From assembly GCA_046861655.1 (NCBI GenBank), contig JBHIAI010000005.1, forward strand, positions 1 to 46,097: a stretch of DNA of 46,097 bases, written 5' to 3'. The translations under genes and the position numbers were made by a program. The notes under the pieces were generated by a model. The model had not been told where the DNA came from. It worked only from the letters and a program-made list of their open reading frames with translations, and did not search any database. Below are positions 8,776 through 17,298 of this stretch, piece by piece; position 1 is the first letter of the stretch, and every line of letters begins with the position of its first letter. Source of the stretch: Fidelibacterota bacterium (GTDB lineage Bacteria > Fidelibacterota > Marinisomatia > Marinisomatales > S15-B10).

Positions 8776-9696
8776 ATGGGTGACTTTAAGAACGAATTCA
8801 GCTGGTCCTTTTCCCGCCACCGCTCCTTCAATCTATGCAAGCGCCTGTATTTCTTCACGTACTACGGCTTCTGGGGCGGATGGGAAAAGGACGCGGAGGA
8901 GTCCACAAGAACGCTGTACCGTCTTAAGAAGATGACCACACTGCCCATGCTCATAGGGAGCTTGGTCCATGAGATCATTAACAGGGTCCTCGACGGGTTG
9001 AAGAAGGGCAAGGAGATGCCGGTGGAGAATGCCCAGAGGGATCTGATCGGGCTTTTCAAACGGAAATGGAGGGAATCGAAACAGGGGGAATGGATGGACG
9101 ACCCAAAATGGAAGGCAAACCTGTTTGAACATTACTATGATGAGGAGTTGACCGAAGATCATCTGCTCCAGGCCAGAGAGACCATGATGGACAGTATTCG
9201 GGGCTTCTATGATTCCGATTCCTACCATTTCATCAAAACCCTTTCCCCCCGGGAATGGCTCACCAAAGAGGAGATTGACTCCTTCGACTTCGAGGGTACG
9301 AACGTATGGGTAAAGCTCGATTTTGCGGCCAGACATGGAGAAAAGATCTACATTTACGACTGGAAAACGGGTCGGGAGGTGACCGAAGACGAAACCCAGC
9401 TGGCTGTCTATGGACTCTATGCCATGAATCGGTGGGCCATCGAACTGAACAATCTGCGTCTTTTTGACATATACCTGAAGAAACAGCTACCCGTGAAGAT
9501 GAAGCTCAGCCGGAAAATCGTCAGGGGGGCCCGTGAGGCTATCGCCCACAGTATCCGGGAAATGAAGGCGCTCCTGGATGACGAACTCGAGAACCGGGCG
9601 AACATAGAGAACTTCCCGATGACCGATGAAAAGTCCCTCTGCAGACGTTGCGCATTCAAAGGGATTTGTTATCCAGACTCATGGAGAGATATTTGA
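8776..9696 (+). CDS. PD-(D/E)XK RecB/Cas4-like nuclease with 4-Cys Fe-S motif
   Basis: WSFSR..LCKR, KLDF..IYDWKTG, QLAVY, C-terminal CRRCAFKGIC; start moved to ATG 8776 because a promoter lies within 8707-8740. Confidence 0.85.
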   Translation: MGDFKNEFSWSFSRHRSFNLCKRLYFFTYYGFWGGWEKDAEESTRTLYRLKKMTTLPMLIGSLVHEIINRVLDGLKKGKEMPVENAQRDLIGLFKRKWRESKQGEWMDDPKWKANLFEHYYDEELTEDHLLQARETMMDSIRGFYDSDSYHFIKTLSPREWLTKEEIDSFDFEGTNVWVKLDFAARHGEKIYIYDWKTGREVTEDETQLAVYGLYAMNRWAIELNNLRLFDIYLKKQLPVKMKLSRKIVRGAREAIAHSIREMKALLDDELENRANIENFPMTDEKSLCRRCAFKGICYPDSWRDI

Positions 9697-9825
9697 TTGG
9701 GCCCTGGGCGTCCGGTGCTGGGGGGGAAGTCAAGGTCCGGAAGCTCATCGGTCCAGATCGGGCCTGGACCCCCGATCCGAGTATAGCGGTGCTGTTCTTC
9801 CCATCAGGTATGAAAGGAGGTCCAT

Positions 9826-10113
9826 ATGGCATCAACCTACTTCATGCTGGGCAGCTATTCGGCCCAGGCCGTTCAGGACATTTCGCCCAAACGGACGGTG
9901 GAAGCCAATGATCTGATCGCAAGGAATGGAGGGAGCGTCAAGAGCGTTCATGCTCTTCTTGGGGGCCTGGATCTTGTCATCGTGGCGGAGTTCCCCGGAA
10001 CCGAAGAGGCCATGAAAGCCTCTCTTGCCCTGACAAGGACCACTGGAATATCGTTTTCTACGTATCCCTCTGTGGACGTGGAAACGTTTGACCGGCTAGC
10101 CTCCGAGGTGTAG
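9826..10113 (+). CDS. GYD domain-containing protein
   Basis: AGGAGG SD; 95 aa with GG-x-VK..ALLGGLDLVIVAEFP pattern typical of the GYD family. Confidence 0.8.
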   Translation: MASTYFMLGSYSAQAVQDISPKRTVEANDLIARNGGSVKSVHALLGGLDLVIVAEFPGTEEAMKASLALTRTTGISFSTYPSVDVETFDRLASEV

Positions 10114-10389
10114 GCAGGAAGGAGCAAAAAAAAGGCGGTCTGAACGGAGCCCTCAGGGGACCTCTTACGCGGTCAGATTCCGGTCCACGGAAAGGGAGGG
10201 GGGGGACCCCGCGGCGGGTTTGGCTTCTTCTCCCTGTACATCAACCGACAATTGGTGGAGATCGCCATCGGACATTTTCCGTATCTCAATCTGCATTCTT
10301 TGTCGTCTCCATGACAGCCAGGCGTAAGACATTCGCGTAACTTATGCCTACATCATAGAGGTGCAAAGAAAGCGAAGGAGAAAACAACG

Positions 10390-10728
10390 ATGGTCGTTGA
10401 AAAAGATTTTGTCGACTTTGAGAAGGATGTGATCGAAGCCAGCCACAAGAGTCCCGTTCTCGTGGACTTTTGGGCCCCCTGGTGCGGTCCCTGCAGGATT
10501 CTGGGTCCCACTCTGAAAAAGGTGGCGGAAGAAGCCGGGGACGAGTGGACGCTACTCAAGGTAAACACGGACCATCAGCCAGACCTGAGTGTCCGGTTCA
10601 ACATCCGGGGAATCCCCACGGTTAAGCTCTTCGTAAACGGGGTGGATATCGGGGGGTTCGTTGGGGCATTACCTGAACAGCCGGTAAGAGAGTTGCTCGG
10701 CGAGAATCTTCCCGCCACCGTAGACTGA
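10390..10728 (+). CDS. trxA: thioredoxin
   Basis: DFWAPWCGPC active site, IRGIPT; AAGGAG SD. Confidence 0.95.
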   Translation: MVVEKDFVDFEKDVIEASHKSPVLVDFWAPWCGPCRILGPTLKKVAEEAGDEWTLLKVNTDHQPDLSVRFNIRGIPTVKLFVNGVDIGGFVGALPEQPVRELLGENLPATVD

Positions 10729-10754
10729 CCTACCTGTCACGGTGATCTCAGAGA

Positions 10755-10785
10755 AGAGGCCCCGAGAATCTGGGGCTTTTTTCTT
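10755..10785 (+). terminator. rho-independent terminator after trxA
   Basis: aggcccc-gagaatct-ggggctt followed by T run. Confidence 0.75.
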
Positions 10786-10826
10786 GGTTTTTGTCGCCTT
10801 TCCCGGATGTCAAAAAAGCGCCGGTC

Positions 10827-13058
10827 CTAGCTTATCTTTCCTCTCCGTGGATTCCACGCTTCTAACACCACCCGGTTTTCCCTTACTCCCTTCAGGAAAA
10901 ACTCCCGGTCATGCTCATCCTGAATCCTTTCGGCCCGGGCGGTGATTTCATGGTGGGCCAGTTCCAGGAATCTCCGGGCCGCAAGCTCGTTTCCGAAGGC
11001 AGAATGAAGCAGATACAGATTCCAGTTCACGGTGATGATTTCCCCCTCCCCCGGCTCTTCGAATCTGAGGATCTTGTCCAGACGTTCCATTTTTCGTCTT
11101 GCCGACTCTCTCCTGTCTGACTTCAGCTCTGAAAGAGCCCACCACGAAAGGGTCCACAGCTGTCCTTTGTCATCCTGTAACTCTTCCCAGATAGCACTCG
11201 CACCCTCAAAATGTTGTGAGGACTGGTCGAAACGATCCAGGTGAAAGCTGGCCTGCCCCATCATTTGAAGAGCTATGGCGGCGCCCCGGCTGTCTTTCAC
11301 CTCCTGCTTTATGCCCAAAGCCTTTTCATAAAAAGCGAATGACTTGTCGTACTCCCCTTTGACGTAGTAGGTATTGGCAATATGACTGAGACAGTAGGCC
11401 ACGGAACTTTTTTTCTCCTGCTCCCGGCGGATTTCAAGAGCCCGCTCATGGGCGGAGATGGACCGGTCGAATTCACCTCGCAGCAGGTAGGTATGTCCCA
11501 GGTTGTTCAGGGAAACGGCGATGCCTTCCAGATCGCCCAGCTGCTGCCGGATTGAGAGTGCCTGGCCGTAGCTGTCAAGAGCATTCTTGAATTCGCCCCT
11601 TCCGGCATAGATGATACCCATGTTGTTTAGGGAATTGGCCACCTGTCTGAGGTCGCCTACCTTCCGGTGAAGGTTCACCGCCTGGCGGAAGTGGTCCAGG
11701 GCCTTGTCGGTCTCGCCCTTTTCACGCAACACTTCCCCAATCTTGACCAGGGACGTGCCCAATCCCCATTTGTCCCCCAGTTTTTCGCACTGAAGCAAAC
11801 ACCCCTGGTATACGGACATGGCTGAGTCGAATTGACCTTCCTCAAAGTAGGTCAAGCCCAGATCGATCCTCGCTTTGGGAAGATGGGGATCCAGTTCAAT
11901 GGCTTTCCTAAGGAGTCTTCTGGCTTTCTTCACATCTTCCGGTCCCTGGCGACCTTTGTAGATATACTTACCTCTCAGGTACAGTTCATACACCTCAGCG
12001 TGTTCTGTTGACGGTTTGCCCATGTTTCTTCGAGTTGACACTCCCAGTTCGCTTAGGATACTTTCGGCCAGAGTCCCTGTGATCATGCTGGCCCGGCCCA
12101 CAGGTTCGCTCCACTTCTTGGCAAGAAGACTTTGGCCTGTCTCCGCCTCAATCAGCTGGGTTCTTAGATCGAAGACGTCGTCCATTCGGTGAATGGTGCT
12201 CACCAGAAGATAGGTCACCCCGAGACGCCGGGCGATTTCGTCAAGAGACAAGTCGGTGTCCACAAACCTGACGATTTCATTCAGGGGAGCCACACGGATC
12301 ATTCCCGCGCTGGCCACCTCGATGATGAGGTCCTCGGTGATGCCTCGAGCCCAGAATTCGTCCTCTTTACCTCCTAGATTTTCAAAGCGAAGGACTCCCA
12401 GAGACGGCACGGTTTCTTCCTCGGGATAGAACAGGTATGCCGCGGCCCCCAGAATCACCAGAGCGGGGAGAATCCAGAGAAGCCTTGAAGTGGAACCTCT
12501 TTGAAGTTTCGCCGATACATCCGAGAGTCTGGTCTGGGGGAGGCCATGAGAGACGATGCAAAACACCTTCACTTCCTGTTTTACCCCTTTGAGCTTGGGC
12601 CTCCCCACGTATTTGGTGGCAAATTCTGGACTCCCGGAGATGTCCCGGTGGATCTTGTCGGAGATGGCAATGCCCCCGGGCGCGGCGAAGGGCTCGATCC
12701 GGGAAGCGATGTTCACGTCATCTCCGAACACGTCTGTGTCCTTCACCAGGATGTCACCCTGGTGGACGCCGATACGGAGTCTCAGGCCCTCTATCTCTTT
12801 GACAGCCTCCTGAATGGCTATGGCGCAACTCACTGCCTGCTTGGAACTGGGAAAACTCAGCAGCAGGCCGTCCCCCATCTCTTTCAGCCATCTCCCGTTG
12901 TATTGATGGACGATGGGCTGAAGAACCTCCCTCTGTCTGTCAATGAGGGCCAGGGCCTCTTCTTCGTTTTCCGCGGAAATGGCCGTGAATCCTGCGATAT
13001 CGGTAAACATGATGGCCGCCAGCCGGCGAACCGTTCCCGTTTGATCTAGGTGTTCCAT
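10827..13058 (-). CDS. class III adenylate cyclase with TM helix, TolB-N-like domain and TPR repeats
   Basis: FTDIAGFT, KEMGDG, DVFGDDVNIASR (metal Asp residues, ATP-specifying K/D, N/R); TM LLWILPALVILGAAAYLF; SLNNLG-type TPRs. Confidence 0.92.
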   Translation of the reverse strand: MEHLDQTGTVRRLAAIMFTDIAGFTAISAENEEEALALIDRQREVLQPIVHQYNGRWLKEMGDGLLLSFPSSKQAVSCAIAIQEAVKEIEGLRLRIGVHQGDILVKDTDVFGDDVNIASRIEPFAAPGGIAISDKIHRDISGSPEFATKYVGRPKLKGVKQEVKVFCIVSHGLPQTRLSDVSAKLQRGSTSRLLWILPALVILGAAAYLFYPEEETVPSLGVLRFENLGGKEDEFWARGITEDLIIEVASAGMIRVAPLNEIVRFVDTDLSLDEIARRLGVTYLLVSTIHRMDDVFDLRTQLIEAETGQSLLAKKWSEPVGRASMITGTLAESILSELGVSTRRNMGKPSTEHAEVYELYLRGKYIYKGRQGPEDVKKARRLLRKAIELDPHLPKARIDLGLTYFEEGQFDSAMSVYQGCLLQCEKLGDKWGLGTSLVKIGEVLREKGETDKALDHFRQAVNLHRKVGDLRQVANSLNNMGIIYAGRGEFKNALDSYGQALSIRQQLGDLEGIAVSLNNLGHTYLLRGEFDRSISAHERALEIRREQEKKSSVAYCLSHIANTYYVKGEYDKSFAFYEKALGIKQEVKDSRGAAIALQMMGQASFHLDRFDQSSQHFEGASAIWEELQDDKGQLWTLSWWALSELKSDRRESARRKMERLDKILRFEEPGEGEIITVNWNLYLLHSAFGNELAARRFLELAHHEITARAERIQDEHDREFFLKGVRENRVVLEAWNPRRGKIS

Positions 13059-13288
13059 AACCCCTTGTCATATGTCAATGACCCGAAGCACATTATGTTT
13101 CCCCGGCAAGTGTCGTCTTCCGGACATTCCTTCCATTTCTGGCCGCCGACCACCGTTTCCGAATTTAACCCTCGATGAGCTGGAATGAACGGCCATTATG
13201 ATACACTGGAACTATCCTTCCCGGTTTTGTAGATTCCCACCCGGTCCAATCATGTCAAGGGAAGGACTTCATTCAATAGGAGGTGACC

Positions 13289-14203
13289 ATGAGAGTAATC
13301 TACCGCGGAGATTTGGACGGGGTGGTATGTGCCGCCATCCTGATCGATGTGGGTCTTTGCGACGAACTCGTTCAAACTCATCCCAAGGACATGCAAGACG
13401 GAAAGGTTGATGTAACCACCGAAGACATTATCTGCAACCTGCCTTATCACCCCAATTGTTACATGTGGTTTGACCACCACTCCAGTGAGGTGGTTCGAAC
13501 CGATCTACCGGCGGATTTTAGGGGCCTGGTGGATGTGGCTCCCAGCGCAGCCGGCCTGGTGTACAGGTACTTTCTCCCTGAACATCCCAAATTGATAAGA
13601 TACGAGGACCTGGTTCGTGAAACTGACCGGGTGGACAGTGCGAATCTGACCCTTGAACAGGTAAAAAACCCTGCAGGGACGGTACTTTTGGGCTTCCTTC
13701 TGGACCCGCGAACGTCTTTGGGTCTCACCCACGACTTCACGATCAGCAATTATCGGTGGGTGTCCCAGATCCCGGAACTTCTGACCAAGCACACGGTGGA
13801 TGAGATCTTGGACATGTCCGATACCCGGGAAAGAATCGACGTCTACCATAAGATGCAGGAGAAATCCGAAGACTTCTACACGGCCCATTCCAGTCTGGAT
13901 AACAACGTGATCGTCACCGATGTCCGGGGAGAGAAAATTCCCCCGGCAAACCGGTTTATCGTCTACACCCTCCCTGGGATGGATGCAGGCAATATATCCG
14001 TTCGCATCGCCGACGGAAAGAAAGGGGAGTTTGACACCATATCGGTGGCCCATTCCATTTTTGTGAGGACCTCCCCGGTGGACTGCGGTGAGTTGTGCAA
14101 GCGGTACGGCGGAGGAGGCCACAGAGGGGCCGCCACCTGTCAACCCCCCCTGGAAGAGAGCGACAGAGTATTCCGGGAGATTATCGAGGCCTGCAAGGAG
14201 TAG
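13289..14203 (+). CDS. DHH-family phosphoesterase (nanoRNase/exopolyphosphatase-like)
   Basis: DLDG, FDHH and YGGGGH motifs; AGGAGGT SD before ATG 13289. Confidence 0.88.
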   Translation: MRVIYRGDLDGVVCAAILIDVGLCDELVQTHPKDMQDGKVDVTTEDIICNLPYHPNCYMWFDHHSSEVVRTDLPADFRGLVDVAPSAAGLVYRYFLPEHPKLIRYEDLVRETDRVDSANLTLEQVKNPAGTVLLGFLLDPRTSLGLTHDFTISNYRWVSQIPELLTKHTVDEILDMSDTRERIDVYHKMQEKSEDFYTAHSSLDNNVIVTDVRGEKIPPANRFIVYTLPGMDAGNISVRIADGKKGEFDTISVAHSIFVRTSPVDCGELCKRYGGGGHRGAATCQPPLEESDRVFREIIEACKE

Positions 14204-14228
14204 TCACCCCGTCTGGCGGCGAATCCCG

Positions 14229-14257
14229 TTGAATGTTGGCGGGACCTTACCTAATTT
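14229..14257 (+). promoter_or_regulatory. promoter of tRNA-Arg
   Basis: TTGAAT-N17-TAATTT 14 nt upstream of the tRNA. Confidence 0.5.
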
Positions 14258-14271
14258 CAGGCGACTTTCTA

Positions 14272-14348
14272 GCCCCCGTAGCTCAGCAGGATAGAGCACA
14301 GGTTTCCTAAACCTGGGGTCACAGGTTCGAATCCTGTCGGGGGTACCA
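14272..14348 (+). tRNA. tRNA-Arg(CCT)
   Basis: Cloverleaf; anticodon arm caggt-ttCCTaa-acctg; GGTTCGAATCC T loop; encoded CCA. Confidence 0.97.
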
Positions 14349-14355
14349 GCCTGTT

Positions 14356-15096
14356 TTGGAATCGTGTCAACTCTGTTGGAGGACTGGAAGGATTGCGCTA
14401 AAACCGACACGGAGAATCACTCGACGGGAACTCAAGCGGGATCCTCTGCTGGAGACCATCTATTCCCTGCAAAAACTGTACGAACGCAACCGCAGGGTGG
14501 TCAGGGTGGTGGTCCTGGGAGGTGCCGCAGTGGGGATGATCGTTCTCATCCTCTCGGGCTGGCGGTCATCCCTCAGACAATCCGCCGAAGAGCTTTTCTC
14601 CCGGGGAATATCCCGGTACAACACAGGGGAAACTGGGGCCGCCAGGGATGATTTCGAAACCCTCATGGATGAGTACGATGGCACCCGGTCCGGTCAGGAC
14701 GCTTTATACTATCTGGGAAAGATCTACCTCGATTCAGGTGACAGTTCTGAGGCGGAAAACTCCTTCCGGCAGTACTTGAAGAAAGGAAAAAGTGTGTTCC
14801 TCAGGGCCGCATCCCTCGAAAGCCTCGGGAATCTGGCCCGGTCGAAAGGGGCGTACGAAGAGGCGGCCAGACTGTTCGCCAGGGCGTCTTCTCTTCCCAC
14901 GTTTCCCTTCAACCAGCAGCAGAACAAGATCCATGCGGCCGAGTGCTGGCTGAAGGCGGGCGACCGGGAAAAGGCCCGGATCTTACTGCTGGAGCTGGAA
15001 TCGGCTGAGAATGTCCACAGGATTATCCAGGATCAGGTCGACGAGTTGTTTGCCCACCTTACTCTGGCGGCATCCCAGTCCTCATCCACCCGTTGA
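14356..15096 (+). CDS. membrane-anchored TPR protein (YfgM-like)
   Basis: Basic N-terminus (RRITRRELKRDP), TM helix, TPRs (ALYYLGKIY); start codon uncertain. Confidence 0.8.
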   Translation: MESCQLCWRTGRIALKPTRRITRRELKRDPLLETIYSLQKLYERNRRVVRVVVLGGAAVGMIVLILSGWRSSLRQSAEELFSRGISRYNTGETGAARDDFETLMDEYDGTRSGQDALYYLGKIYLDSGDSSEAENSFRQYLKKGKSVFLRAASLESLGNLARSKGAYEEAARLFARASSLPTFPFNQQQNKIHAAECWLKAGDREKARILLLELESAENVHRIIQDQVDELFAHLTLAASQSSSTR

Positions 15097-15381
15097 GGCT
15101 TGCGTTCATCTGACGTGGCCTGTCTAGGCCCGGTGGCATTGCGCGGCCAGCCATCCGCTGTTAGCCATCGGTAAACCCCCGGAATCTTGCATCCACCCTC
15201 GGTTCTCTCTCCGAAGGGGAATACCGCCTCACCACAAGGTCCCCGCAGGTCCTCTATCCGAGTCCAAGAGAAGACCCACTCTCCTTTCCGGACGGGACGA
15301 CAGGTTCACGCGGCAGGTATCAAGGGAGAGGCTCCCTATCTGCGACTTCCGCGGCTCTTCAGTTTCTGACGGGATTTTATC

Positions 15382-15410
15382 TTGCCAAAAAAGAGTCAGA
15401 CCGGTAAATT
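15382..15410 (+). promoter_or_regulatory. promoter of rimP-nusA-infB operon
   Basis: TTGCCA-N17-TAAATT. Confidence 0.6.
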
Positions 15411-15421
15411 CTGGTCGTGTT

Positions 15422-15446
15422 AGGTGGGTCGTGGGCCCACTTTTTT
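15422..15446 (+). promoter_or_regulatory. rimP leader terminator-like hairpin (attenuator)
   Basis: aggtgggtc-gtg-ggcccactt followed by T run between promoter and rimP; GTGGG/CCCAC hairpins are widely seen at this position. Confidence 0.7.
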
Positions 15447-15464
15447 GTAGATGCGTTTTTTGAA

Positions 15465-15914
15465 ATGAGAACAGGAGTCATGGAACTTGAAGACATTCTC
15501 CGGGAAATTGCCGGAGAATCCTATCTCATCCTCGTTGATCATGCGGTCGGTGGGACGGACACGTCCCCCAAAGTCAAGGTGGTGGTCGATACCGAACGGG
15601 GGGTGACGGTGGGCGAACTCACAGAGATGGCCCGGAGGCTCAAGCGGTCCCGGGAGATGAACGTCAAGTTCCCCCGGGGATTCCGGCTTGAGGTAACGTC
15701 GCCCGGTCTGGAGTATCCTCTAACCCAGGATTACCAGTTCAGACGTCACCTGAACAGACGGGTTCGCATTCTCCATGATGATCCTCTCCTTCCCAGTCCC
15801 CTGGAAGGAGTCATCAAGGGGGTGGAGGACGAGGATGTGATAGTGGAGACCTCCCAGGGTCTATTGAGGGTAGGCCTGGGAATGATCTCCAAAGGAAAAC
15901 TGATTCTTACGTGA
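15465..15914 (+). CDS. rimP: ribosome maturation factor RimP
   Basis: LEVTSPGLEYPL motif, position before nusA; start at ATG 15465 or 15480. Confidence 0.9.
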   Translation: MRTGVMELEDILREIAGESYLILVDHAVGGTDTSPKVKVVVDTERGVTVGELTEMARRLKRSREMNVKFPRGFRLEVTSPGLEYPLTQDYQFRRHLNRRVRILHDDPLLPSPLEGVIKGVEDEDVIVETSQGLLRVGLGMISKGKLILT

Positions 15915-15930
15915 TCACAAGGAGCGTCTA

Positions 15931-17277
15931 TTGAATAACCAAGAGCTTGTTCAATGTTTTTCGGACATTGCTAAGGAGAAGAACGTGGATCGTACCGAAA
16001 TCGGTACGATTCTGGAGGAGTTGTTTCTCACCCTGATTGAGAAACAGTACGGAGAAGCCTCCAATTGCAGTGTCATCGTGAACATTGACAGGGGTGAAAT
16101 CGAAATCTATCAGGAAAAAACCATCGTGGACGAGGTAGATGATCCCGCCCTGGAGATTGAGTTGGACAAGGCCAGGGCTGTTGAGCCTGACCTGGAGGTA
16201 GGGGACACCTTCATTGACGTGGTGAATCCTTCTGAATTCGGACGCCGCCTCATCACCACAGCCCGGCAATTCCTGTCCCAAAGAATCCGCGATGTGGAGA
16301 AAAAGTACATCTTTGAGGACTATTTCGGACGGGTCGGGGAAATCATCATCGGGGACGTACGGCAGGTACACCGGGACAATCTGTACGTTCACATCGATCA
16401 GTCTGAGCTCAGGTTGCCCCGGGACGAGCAGATTGAAACGGAGCGGTACCGGCGGGGGGATACCCTCCGGGCGATCATCAAATCGGTGGAAATGACTCCA
16501 AAGGGACCCGACATCATTATTTCCAGAAGCGATAATCAATTCCTGGCAAAGCTGTTTGAAATGGAAGTTCCCGAGATTGAGGATGGTATCATTGAGATAC
16601 TCTCCATAGCGAGGGCTCCGGGACAGCGCTCCAAGATTATCGTCCGTTCCACGGACAAACGCATTGATGCTGTGGGAGCGTGTGTGGGCATGAGAGGGTC
16701 CAGGATTCAGGCCATTGTTCGGGAACTCCACGGGGAGCGAATCGACGTCATCAACCATACCTCGCGATCGGAAGTTCTCATTTCCCGGGCTCTTTCTCCC
16801 GCCAAGCCCATGAACCTCTACATTGATGATGACAGGAGGTACTGCGTGGCTGTTTTTGACGATGAGGACATGGACTCGGCGGTAGGGAAAAGCTACCTGA
16901 ACGTCCGGCTGGCGGCCGAAGTTTCCGGCTACACCATCGACGCCGTAGGAGCCTCCGAATACGGCGAAGTCAAGAAGGAGGAAGAGCTCGTTTATCTGGA
17001 TCAGATTGACACCTTGACTCCCCGGATGGTATCCCTGTTGAGTGAGGGAGACATCGATACGACCACTGACTTCAAGGAGGCATCCCGGGAGGATCTTCTC
17101 CAGATCAAGGGAATGGGAGAGAAAACCCTGGAAACCATCACATCGCGAATCGATACTTTTCTGGAATCGGTAAGATCAGCCCGGGAAATAGAGTCCGCGG
17201 AAGGCGACGGAGAGGCCGGTCTGGATGAAGATAGCCCCGTTCCTGCAGAAACGAAAAAGGTGCCGGAAGAAGCGTAA
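15931..17277 (+). CDS. nusA: transcription termination/antitermination factor NusA
   Basis: FGRR, S1 and KH domains (GACVGMRGSRIQ), C-terminal HhH; TTG start with AAGGAG SD. Confidence 0.97.
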   Translation: MNNQELVQCFSDIAKEKNVDRTEIGTILEELFLTLIEKQYGEASNCSVIVNIDRGEIEIYQEKTIVDEVDDPALEIELDKARAVEPDLEVGDTFIDVVNPSEFGRRLITTARQFLSQRIRDVEKKYIFEDYFGRVGEIIIGDVRQVHRDNLYVHIDQSELRLPRDEQIETERYRRGDTLRAIIKSVEMTPKGPDIIISRSDNQFLAKLFEMEVPEIEDGIIEILSIARAPGQRSKIIVRSTDKRIDAVGACVGMRGSRIQAIVRELHGERIDVINHTSRSEVLISRALSPAKPMNLYIDDDRRYCVAVFDDEDMDSAVGKSYLNVRLAAEVSGYTIDAVGASEYGEVKKEEELVYLDQIDTLTPRMVSLLSEGDIDTTTDFKEASREDLLQIKGMGEKTLETITSRIDTFLESVRSAREIESAEGDGEAGLDEDSPVPAETKKVPEEA

Positions 17278-17298
17278 CATGGAGCTAAACGCGAACTC

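Noticed and set aside
10114..10389. A8 and G8 homopolymers and small hairpins as phase-variation or riboswitch signals
   Set aside because: Intergenic, not within an identifiable promoter spacer, and no riboswitch consensus recognised
15097..15380. GC-rich spacer with hairpin gcaggta..gggag-agg-ctccc-tatctgc as an ncRNA
   Set aside because: No promoter, terminator or family hallmark to support it
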